From assembly GCA_964389785.1 (NCBI GenBank), contig CAYMFW010000002.1, positions 813-64,812 of the forward strand: DNA of 64,000 nt, given 5' to 3'. Origin of the DNA: an uncultured Planctomycetota bacterium. GTDB taxonomy: Bacteria > Planctomycetota > CAYMFW01. The notes under the pieces were generated by a model. That model was not told the origin of the DNA and ran no database searches. It saw only the letters and a program-made list of their open reading frames with translations. Position numbers and translations under genes: made by a program. Positions 43,905 through 51,405 of this stretch are shown piece by piece. The first letter of the stretch is position 1, and every line of letters starts with the position of its first letter.

Positions 43905-45385
43905 TCTCCCGCGGCGGCCGCGAAGCGAGCCGGATGGCGAAAGGGCTGGCGTTCATCGCCCCGAACATCGCGGGCTTCCTGGTCTTCACCCTGTTTCCAC
44001 TCGTGTTCAGCTTCGCCATGGCGTTCACCAACTGGGACATCCAGCGGCACAACATGTACAACAACGAGGCACTGCGCTTCGTGGGGCTCGAGAACCTGGT
44101 CCGGCTGTTCGGGGACCCCGACTTCTTCAAGTACCTCGGCAACACGTTCTTCCTGATGATGGGAATGCCGTTCGGCATCGCGGGGAGCCTGGGCGCCGCG
44201 CTGCTTCTCAGCCGGGACCTCTCCGCGGGCGGCAGGCGCGTGTGGGCGTACGTGCTTCTGTGCGTGTCGCTCACCGTCGGTATCGGGGCGCTCATCGCGG
44301 CGGGGGCGGGAGCGACGGCGATGACGATACTCGTATGCGGGGTCGCCGGCGCCATACTTGTCACCGGCTCCCTGGGGGGAAAGACCGTCTACCGGACCCT
44401 CTTCTACTTCCCCCACTTCACCGCGGGGGTGGCGACGTTCCTGCTGTGGAAGAAACTCTACAACCCGCACACCGGTCCCTTCAACAACGCTCTCAGACCC
44501 CTGCTGGAAAGCTTCGGTGGCGCGGTGAACGCCCTTCCCGCGGGCCTGGTGCGGAGCGGCGCGTGGGCGTGCGCGGCTCTGGCGGCCGCGCTGGCGCTGA
44601 TCGGCGCCCGGAACCTGCGGAGGGCGTGGCTCGACGGGGAGATGGGGACCGTCTCCGTGTCGATCGGCACGTCGCTCCTGTGCGTCCCGGCGGTCCTCGC
44701 CGTTCCCTGGGCGCCGGACGCGGTGGTGCGACTCATCATCCCCGCGGCCGCGCTGGCGGCGGCGGCGCTGATCGTCCGGACCCTCGCCGCGCGGCGGGAG
44801 TTCGCCTGCGCGCTCGACGAGGAGCTGGGACACGCGGTGATCTCGTGCGGCGGCATCATGACCGCCCAGCTCGCGCTTCTGGGGCTCGGCATCGTGCTCT
44901 TCCGCCTGCCGGAGATGAGCGCGGCGGGCCTGGCGCCCCCCGAGTGGCTGACGCAGTATCACTGGTCGAAGCCGTCCCTCATGATCATGGGATTGTGGGC
45001 GGCCGTCGGCTCGAACAGCATGCTGCTGTATCTGGCCGGCATATCCAACATCCCGCCGGAGCTCTACGAGGCGGCCGACGTGGACGGCGCGTCGCCGCTC
45101 CAGCGCTTCCTGCACATCACCTGGCCCCAGCTCGCGCCCATCACGTTCTTCATACTCATCATGGCAATCATCCACGGCCTGCAGGGCGGCTTCGAGATGG
45201 CCCGCACCATGACGCAGGGCGGGCCCGCCGGCGCCACCACGACGCTCAGCTACTACGTCTACACCGAGGGGTTCGAGACCGGGCGGCTGGGATACGCCTC
45301 GGCCGTCGCGTGGGCGCTCTTCGCGCTGGTGTTCACCGTCACCGTGTTCAACTGGAAGTTCGGAAACAGATATGTCAACGACTGA
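43901..45385 (+). CDS. carbohydrate ABC transporter permease with ~200-aa extra transmembrane insertion
   Basis: ATG at 43901 overlaps the upstream stop (ATGA). The N-terminus FIAPNIAGFLVFTLFPLVFSF and the C-terminal EAA loop YEAADVDGASPLQRFLHITWPQL fit the MalF/UgpA type. 494 aa versus ~290 typical. Confidence 0.8.
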   Translation: MISRGGREASRMAKGLAFIAPNIAGFLVFTLFPLVFSFAMAFTNWDIQRHNMYNNEALRFVGLENLVRLFGDPDFFKYLGNTFFLMMGMPFGIAGSLGAALLLSRDLSAGGRRVWAYVLLCVSLTVGIGALIAAGAGATAMTILVCGVAGAILVTGSLGGKTVYRTLFYFPHFTAGVATFLLWKKLYNPHTGPFNNALRPLLESFGGAVNALPAGLVRSGAWACAALAAALALIGARNLRRAWLDGEMGTVSVSIGTSLLCVPAVLAVPWAPDAVVRLIIPAAALAAAALIVRTLAARREFACALDEELGHAVISCGGIMTAQLALLGLGIVLFRLPEMSAAGLAPPEWLTQYHWSKPSLMIMGLWAAVGSNSMLLYLAGISNIPPELYEAADVDGASPLQRFLHITWPQLAPITFFILIMAIIHGLQGGFEMARTMTQGGPAGATTTLSYYVYTEGFETGRLGYASAVAWALFALVFTVTVFNWKFGNRYVND

Positions 45386-46205
45386 GAAACAGGTGATACC
45401 CGCCACGCTGCTGCACTACGTGCTGGCGGCCGCGAGCCTGACGCTGGTGCTGCCCTTCGTCTGGATGGTGCTCACCAGCCTGAAGACCCTCGACGAGGTG
45501 GGCCTCGAGACGTGGCTGCCCCGCGCCGCGCAGTGGCACAACTACCCCGACGTGTTCGGGGTCGAGGGCATCCAGTTCGGCCGGTGGTACCTGAACAGCA
45601 TATTCGTCGCCGCGTGCGTGACGTTCCTGCAGGTTCTGACCAGCTCGATGGCCGCGTTCAGCTTTTCGCGGCTCCGCTGGAAGGGACGCGACAAAGTGTT
45701 CCTGCTGTACCTGGGCACGATGATGCTGCCCGGGCTCGTGATGATGATCCCGAATTACCAGATCATGATAAAGCTGGGGCTGGTGGACACGTACGCCGGG
45801 CTCGTCATACCGGCGGCGTTCAGCGCGTTCGGCACGTTCCTGCTCCGGCAGTTCATGCTGGGCATCCCCACCTCCCTCGACGAGGCCGCCGAGATCGACG
45901 GCGCGAGCACCTGGCAGGTGTTCTGGGAGGTGATACTGCCGCTCTCCCGGCCGGGGCTGATCACGCTCGCGATCTTTACCTTCATAGGCAACTACCACAG
46001 CTTCTTCTGGCCGCTCGTGATGATGAAGACCACCCACCGCTACACCCTGCCGATAGGGCTGCTCTTCTTCGACAACAGCCAGGGGCAGGAGACCTGCCTG
46101 CTGATGGCGGCGATCACGATGTCGGTGGTGCCGATGATCCTGATATTCGTCTTCCTGCAGAGACACCTGGTCCGCGGCATCCAGCTCGGCGCGGTGAAGG
46201 GGTAG
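45372..46205 (+). CDS. carbohydrate ABC transporter permease (MalG/UgpE-like)
   Basis: 277 aa with EAA loop DEAAEIDGASTWQVFWEVILPLSRPG. It overlaps the upstream gene by 14 nt. Confidence 0.9.
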   Translation: MSTTEKQVIPATLLHYVLAAASLTLVLPFVWMVLTSLKTLDEVGLETWLPRAAQWHNYPDVFGVEGIQFGRWYLNSIFVAACVTFLQVLTSSMAAFSFSRLRWKGRDKVFLLYLGTMMLPGLVMMIPNYQIMIKLGLVDTYAGLVIPAAFSAFGTFLLRQFMLGIPTSLDEAAEIDGASTWQVFWEVILPLSRPGLITLAIFTFIGNYHSFFWPLVMMKTTHRYTLPIGLLFFDNSQGQETCLLMAAITMSVVPMILIFVFLQRHLVRGIQLGAVKG

Positions 46206-46247
46206 ACGGAATACCCGCAAAGAGCCCGTGACGTCACCCCCCACCCC

Positions 46248-46275
46248 TTGACACCACACTGATTACGGGTATACT
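46248..46275 (+). promoter_or_regulatory. sigma70-like promoter TTGACA-16-TATACT
   Basis: -35 at 46248-46253 and -10 at 46270-46275, 48 nt upstream of the DUF1559 gene. A GTGACGTCAC palindrome at 46228-46237 lies just upstream. Confidence 0.6.
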
Positions 46276-46323
46276 TCTACGGGGTGAGCGTGCGTTGTCC
46301 GATAACACTATTGGTGACTGAAT

Positions 46324-47289
46324 ATGCGTAGGAACCGACACAACCGGGCCGGAACCGGCACATGGAGCCATTCAGCTTTTACGCTCGTCGAGCTGCTCGT
46401 CGTGATCGCCATCATAACGATACTCGCGTCCATACTGATCCCCACGATGAACGAGGTCAAGGAAAGGGCCCGCGTCGTCGTGTGCATCAGCAATCTCCGG
46501 CAGGTCGGGGTGGCCCACATAGTGTTCGCCGGAAACAACGACGGCCAGCTGCCGTGGGCCCCGGGCACCGACAGCTTCCCTTCGATTCCCTGCAGGTGGG
46601 GCAATACCCGCTGGGTGGACGGGTATTCGCAGATGAGAGAGTACCTGGACCTGGTATGGGGCCTCTACAACTGGAAGCCGTTCCAGACGCGGACGATACC
46701 ACAGCCGGGCAAGTACCTCACCGACTTCCGCGTATTCTACTGCCCGGGATGGATTCTGCATCTCGACAACAGCCCCGGCACGTACTACTACAACAACACT
46801 TCCCTGAGATACGTCCCCGACCGGCTCGACAAGGCTTTCATGCAGCCGATGGATTATCCGTGGAACTTCAACTCCCAGCGCATCGGATACGAGATATTCG
46901 CGTCGGGCCATCCCCGACCCAACGACCTCTCCAACGACGAGAAAGGCCTCGAGTGTTCCAGGCGCCTCCTGTCGAAACAGCGAAGGCTGAGGGCGTCGTC
47001 GCTTCCCACCTGCTGGATGGCGGCGGACATGGCGAGTGCAAGCTGTCACAAGGTGCCGCAGAACGTCAGCGGCTTTACGTTCCCCTACAACGTCATTCAC
47101 GTGGACGGGCACGCCGGCACCCACCAGGTGGACCCGTACTCCGGGGCGTCGGGCGGCACGGTCCGCATGCCGGGGGGCGACTGGCAGAAGTCCTCCAGCC
47201 AGATGCCGTACGGCAACTCCGGATGGAACCCCACCATCGGACTGCAGAGAACCGGCCTGGACACGGATAACGACAGGAAGGGCAGATAG
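46324..47289 (+). CDS. prepilin-type N-terminal cleavage/methylation domain protein, DUF1559-like
   Basis: ..[24 protein letters not shown].. followed by ..ISNLRQVGVAHIVFAGNNDGQLP.. is the classic type IV pilin-like N-terminus plus DUF1559 pattern. Confidence 0.85.
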   Translation: MRRNRHNRAGTGTWSHSAFTLVELLVVIAIITILASILIPTMNEVKERARVVVCISNLRQVGVAHIVFAGNNDGQLPWAPGTDSFPSIPCRWGNTRWVDGYSQMREYLDLVWGLYNWKPFQTRTIPQPGKYLTDFRVFYCPGWILHLDNSPGTYYYNNTSLRYVPDRLDKAFMQPMDYPWNFNSQRIGYEIFASGHPRPNDLSNDEKGLECSRRLLSKQRRLRASSLPTCWMAADMASASCHKVPQNVSGFTFPYNVIHVDGHAGTHQVDPYSGASGGTVRMPGGDWQKSSSQMPYGNSGWNPTIGLQRTGLDTDNDRKGR

Positions 47290-47293
47290 GGGC

Positions 47294-47322
47294 TTGACGT
47301 CCGCCGGACGCCCGGGTATAGT
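47294..47322 (+). promoter_or_regulatory. near-consensus sigma70 promoter TTGACG-17-TATAGT of the LacI-family gene
   Basis: -35 at 47294-47299 and -10 at 47317-47322 with 17-nt spacing. Confidence 0.7.
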
Positions 47323-47325
47323 AAG

Positions 47326-47347
47326 CCAATTAAAACGTTTTAATTGG
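47326..47347. promoter_or_regulatory. perfect 22-bp palindrome CCAATTAAAACGTTTTAATTGG, candidate LacI-family operator
   Basis: The sequence is its own reverse complement with a central CG, as in LacI/GalR operators. It starts 4 nt after the -10 box, so it covers the predicted transcription start. Confidence 0.65.
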
Positions 47348-47357
47348 CCAATAGCCC

Positions 47358-48329
47358 ATGAGCGTCACCCTGGTCCAGATCGCCCGCCGGGCGGGAGTCT
47401 CGCCCGCCACGGTCAGCCTGGCGCTGCGCGACGACCCGCGAGTAGCCGAGGCGACCCGCCGGCGTGTCTGCAGCCTGGCCGGGAAGGCGGGATATGTGCC
47501 GAACAACGTCGGCCGGGCCCTGCAGTCCAGAAGGAGCCGGCTTGTCGGGTACCTGCTTCCGGACGTCACGGCCTCCTTCTACAGCGACGTCCTCCAGGGA
47601 ATCGGCGAGGCGGCGGACGCCGCGGGCTACAGCGTGCTCACCGCCATCACGGAGCGCTCTGCGGACAGCGAACGCCGCCACCTGCGTGTATTCCGGGAAA
47701 AGCGGGTGGATGGCGTGCTGGTCTCGCTCTTCACGGAGCGTACGTGCCGCGAGCTGAGGGCCCTCGAGAAATCGGGGACAGCCGTGATGGTCTGCTCTAA
47801 CGAGACCTTCGACCGGCGCGTACCCTTCGTTATTATCGATAACAGGAGGGGCGGAGCGCTCGCCGCCGAGCACCTGATCCGACTTGGGCACCGGAGGCTG
47901 GGGTTCTGCTTCCCGGCAGCGGGGGCGGAGGCGCGCTACGCGGGCGCGAAGGGGGCGGCGCGGCGGCTGCGGTGCAGCGCGCCGGTGCGGTGCCGCGACG
48001 CGGGCGATCTCAGAGACCGTCTGCGAGCGGGCAGTCGACCGACGGGAATCGTTGCCTGCACGGATTTCGCCGCGCTGGAGGTGAAACACGTCGCGGACGA
48101 GCTGGGGCTCCGGATCCCGCAGGATCTCTCCGTCGTCGGATTCGACGATCTCTGGTTCACCGGCCTGCCCGAGTTCTCATTCACGACGGTTGCCCAGCCG
48201 AAGCGTGAGATAGGGCGGCTCTCCATGCAGCTGCTTCTTCGCAGGATCGAGGGCACACGCGTCAAGAGCAGGCGGCTCGCGCCCAGGCTCGTTGTCAGGG
48301 GGAGCAGCGGCCCCCCCCGGGGTAGATGA
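47358..48329 (+). CDS. LacI-family transcriptional regulator
   Basis: N-terminal HTH VTLVQIARRAGVSPATVSLALRDDPRVAEATRRRVCSLAGKAGYVPN, followed by a periplasmic-binding-fold sugar domain. Confidence 0.9.
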   Translation: MSVTLVQIARRAGVSPATVSLALRDDPRVAEATRRRVCSLAGKAGYVPNNVGRALQSRRSRLVGYLLPDVTASFYSDVLQGIGEAADAAGYSVLTAITERSADSERRHLRVFREKRVDGVLVSLFTERTCRELRALEKSGTAVMVCSNETFDRRVPFVIIDNRRGGALAAEHLIRLGHRRLGFCFPAAGAEARYAGAKGAARRLRCSAPVRCRDAGDLRDRLRAGSRPTGIVACTDFAALEVKHVADELGLRIPQDLSVVGFDDLWFTGLPEFSFTTVAQPKREIGRLSMQLLLRRIEGTRVKSRRLAPRLVVRGSSGPPRGR

Positions 48330-48344
48330 AAAGGAGTATCGGCC

Positions 48345-49397
48345 ATGAATCGAGTGGGGACGATCAAGATCGGCATAGTCGGGCTGGGAGTCGGTTCCTG
48401 GCATCTGAGGAGCTTCCTCGAAACCAGGGGCGCCGAGGTGGTCGCGCTGTGCGACGTTGACGGGAGACGTCTGGCAGGGAAGGGCGCGGACAGCGGCGTG
48501 AAACGCCTCTACACCGACTACGGGGATCTGCTGGCGGACGGGTCGGTCGATGCGGTAAGCGTCTGCGTGCCCAACGCGCTGCACGGACCGATCGCTGCAG
48601 CGGCGCTTCGGGCGGGAAAGCACGTCCTGTGCGAGAAGCCGCTGGCGAACACCCTTGTCGAAGCGCGAAAGATTCTCCGGGCCGCGAAGAAATCCAGGAA
48701 GACATTCATGGTTGCCATGAAGCTCCGGTATCTCCCCGAGTCCGCCTACGTGAAATCTCTTCTGGACAAGGGCCGCTTCGGATTCGTCTACCACGGCTAC
48801 TCTCACTACCTGAGGCCGTTCGGCGGCATTCCGGCCAGGCCCACGTTCATACACAAGAGATTGTCGGGCGGCGGCGCCCTGATAGACAACGGCGTGCACC
48901 TTCTCGACCTCAACTGGTACCTGATGGGAAATCCCAGGCCGGTTTCCGCCTTCGGAACGACGTCCATGCGCCTCGTCAGGGTCGGCAGAGGCTTCGGAAT
49001 GTCCGCCGTGAAAGCGAAGGGCCTGAAATGCGACGTGGAGGATTTCGGCGCCGGCATGATCCGTTTCGCAAACGGGGCGTGCGCGTATCTCGATAACGCC
49101 TGGGCGTCGTTCGTGCCGCAGGAAGGCGTCGCCCACGTGCGGATTCTCGGTGACAGGGGAGGGGCGACCGTGTGGCCGTTCTCCGTGACGCTCTCGAAGG
49201 GATCGAAGGTCGCCGATGCCACGCCGGACCTGGCCGGGAAGAAGTTCCGTGCTCCGACACAGTTCGAGCACTTCGTGGACTGCGTGCGCCGCGACCGCCC
49301 GCCGCTTTCAACCGTGGAGCAGGGGGTGCAGATGATGCAGATGCTCGACGGGATCTACCGCTCGAGCAGGACGGGGAGGATGATCAGGCTCACCTGA
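48345..49397 (+). CDS. Gfo/Idh/MocA-family NAD(P)-dependent oxidoreductase
   Basis: Rossmann motif IGIVGLGVGSWH and the EKP motif (HVLCEKPLA). AAAGGAG RBS, 15 nt after the LacI-family gene. Confidence 0.9.
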   Translation: MNRVGTIKIGIVGLGVGSWHLRSFLETRGAEVVALCDVDGRRLAGKGADSGVKRLYTDYGDLLADGSVDAVSVCVPNALHGPIAAAALRAGKHVLCEKPLANTLVEARKILRAAKKSRKTFMVAMKLRYLPESAYVKSLLDKGRFGFVYHGYSHYLRPFGGIPARPTFIHKRLSGGGALIDNGVHLLDLNWYLMGNPRPVSAFGTTSMRLVRVGRGFGMSAVKAKGLKCDVEDFGAGMIRFANGACAYLDNAWASFVPQEGVAHVRILGDRGGATVWPFSVTLSKGSKVADATPDLAGKKFRAPTQFEHFVDCVRRDRPPLSTVEQGVQMMQMLDGIYRSSRTGRMIRLT

Positions 49398-49780
49398 GGC
49401 GCGAGGCCGCCTCTCAACAAAAGTCCATAAATTCCAACAAATACACCCCTTGTGCTTTGGTTAGCGGGAGATATACTCATCCGGATAGCATAGTCATTCG
49501 GAAACCACACCGGATCGGCGGGATTTGTTTCGTTCACGTTCGTCACACGCCTTGGGACCGCCGCAGCACCGCTGCGGATGAGAGGAGAACACGCTGCTTC
49601 TGAAGATCACCCAGGGCGGCGGCGCCCGTACAGCCGGCATTCGGACCCACCAGATACAAGGGGACGTGCGGCAGAAAGATCACGATCGTCGGCGACCCGA
49701 AGGCGTTCGAGAATCCGGCCGGGGCGAAGCTCACCGCCAAAGCGCGCGGCGGAACCGATCGTCACCCGGCAGCCGGCTTC

Positions 49781-49809
49781 TTGCCCGTATTCTCCTTACG
49801 CGGTAGGAT
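49781..49809 (+). promoter_or_regulatory. promoter TTGCCC-17-TAGGAT placed 6 nt before the ATG (leaderless mRNA predicted)
   Basis: -35 at 49781-49786, -10 at 49804-49809, ATG at 49816. Confidence 0.5.
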
Positions 49810-49815
49810 TACCGC

Positions 49816-51171
49816 ATGAACAGCTCACGCATCACGCCCAGAAGATTCCTGGGCTACTCCGCGGGCAGCGTGGGCATCGCCGTGCTCAGGCAGGTGATGG
49901 TGTTCTTCCCGATGTTCTTCTACTGCCCGCCGGCGGGAAAGGGTACGATATACCTCGACGGCGCGCTGGTGGGCACCGCCCTGCTCGTCGGACGGCTGAT
50001 GGACGTGCTGTCCGATCCGGCCGTCGGGTACCTCTCGGACCGGACGTCGCACCGGTGGGGAAAGCGCCTCCCGTATATCGTCATCGGCGTGCCGCTGTGG
50101 ATCGCCGCGACCGTGTTTCTCTTCGCCCCTCCCGGGGTCGCGGAATCGATGATGAACTTCTACTGGCTTGTCATGGTCTCCGCGCTGTTCTTCCTGGCCA
50201 CGACCGCGGTGCAGATACCGTACACCGCGGTGCTGCCGGAGATCACCGCGTCGGAAGACGAGACGGTGCGGGTGTCCGCGAGGATGGGGAAGTTCTACAT
50301 GGCGGGAGTGCTCGTCACCGTCGCGGCGGGCTGGCCGCTCGCGTCGTATCTCGGCTTCGTCGGAATGGCGCTCGCGTTCGGGCTTCTTGCCGCGGTGTCG
50401 TTCGCGTTCGCGATCGCGGAGCTCTTCACCGTAGAGCAGAGACCGGTGGTCGGCTACACGCAGGGCTTTCTCAGAAGCGCGATCACCGTCATCACCCAGA
50501 AGCCCTTCATCACGTACCTCGTCAGCCACAGCCTGTTCATGCTGGGTTATTACATGCTGCTCGTGTCGACGCCGTATCTCATCACGCAGATCGTGGGGCT
50601 CGGCACCGCGGCGGCCGGCGGGTTCTTCCTCTTGGCGATGCTGGTCGCCATCGGGGTCTCGCCCGTCATTACCCGGCTGGGGCTTCGCTGGGGCAAGAAG
50701 CCGGTGATGCTCGGCGCGATGGTGCTCTACGTCGTGATGTTCGCCCTGTGGACGTTCATCGGACGGATCCCGTGGCTGCAGGGGATCGGGACGATGGCCG
50801 TGGGAAAGACGACGGTGGACACCGGCGTGCTGATCGAGGCAGTCGTGTTCTTCGCGCTCGCCGGCGTCGGGGTGTCCGTGCAGATGCTTCTTCCGAACGC
50901 GATCGTGGCGGACCTGGTGATCTACGACGAGAGAACGGGAGGGGAACGCAGGGAGTCGCTGGTGTACGGCCTGCAGGGCGGCATCGAGAAGAACGCGGTG
51001 ATGATCGCCACCCTGCTGGTCGGTTTCATCCTCAAGCTGGGCAACACCACGTCGAATCCGGCGGGGATTTACATGATCGGTCCGGTCGCGGCCCTGCTCA
51101 CGGCCGTGGGATTCGGCATATTCCTCGCGTATCCGCTGAAGAAAGGGTGGCAGGAGAATGAAAACGTCTGA
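49816..51171 (+). CDS. MFS transporter, glycoside-pentoside-hexuronide (GPH):cation symporter family
   Basis: 451 aa with 12 TM-like segments. ..GYLSDRTSHRWGKRLPYIVIG.. is the GPH signature (D-x-T-x-x-x-G-(K/R)-R-x-P). Confidence 0.85.
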   Translation: MNSSRITPRRFLGYSAGSVGIAVLRQVMVFFPMFFYCPPAGKGTIYLDGALVGTALLVGRLMDVLSDPAVGYLSDRTSHRWGKRLPYIVIGVPLWIAATVFLFAPPGVAESMMNFYWLVMVSALFFLATTAVQIPYTAVLPEITASEDETVRVSARMGKFYMAGVLVTVAAGWPLASYLGFVGMALAFGLLAAVSFAFAIAELFTVEQRPVVGYTQGFLRSAITVITQKPFITYLVSHSLFMLGYYMLLVSTPYLITQIVGLGTAAAGGFFLLAMLVAIGVSPVITRLGLRWGKKPVMLGAMVLYVVMFALWTFIGRIPWLQGIGTMAVGKTTVDTGVLIEAVVFFALAGVGVSVQMLLPNAIVADLVIYDERTGGERRESLVYGLQGGIEKNAVMIATLLVGFILKLGNTTSNPAGIYMIGPVAALLTAVGFGIFLAYPLKKGWQENENV

Positions 51172-51405
51172 TGATTTCACCGTACGGGTAAACGGTGCCG
51201 AGGTGTTCGTGCATCGGGCTCGGGTTTCCGCGGTGCCCTTGAACTGGCGGCGACCGGACACTGGTGAGGGATTTTCTCTATGAAAACATACGCTTCGAGA
51301 TGGAGGACGTGTCGCTGGAGAACGTCCGCATCAACGGGAAGCTCGTCACGAGCCTCGAGGACGGGAATACCCGCACGAACGAGTTCGTGAAAGACGTCCG
51401 GTTCA
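51158..51405 (+). pseudogene. collapsed remnant of a glycoside-hydrolase-like gene (N-terminal ~30 codons joined out of frame to C-terminal ~45 codons)
   Basis: MKTSDDFTVRVNGAEVFVHRARVSAVPLNW.. resembles the N-termini of beta-helix/GH28-like enzymes. A different frame then reads ..[41 protein letters not shown], typical of their C-termini. The catalytic core is absent. Confidence 0.35.
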
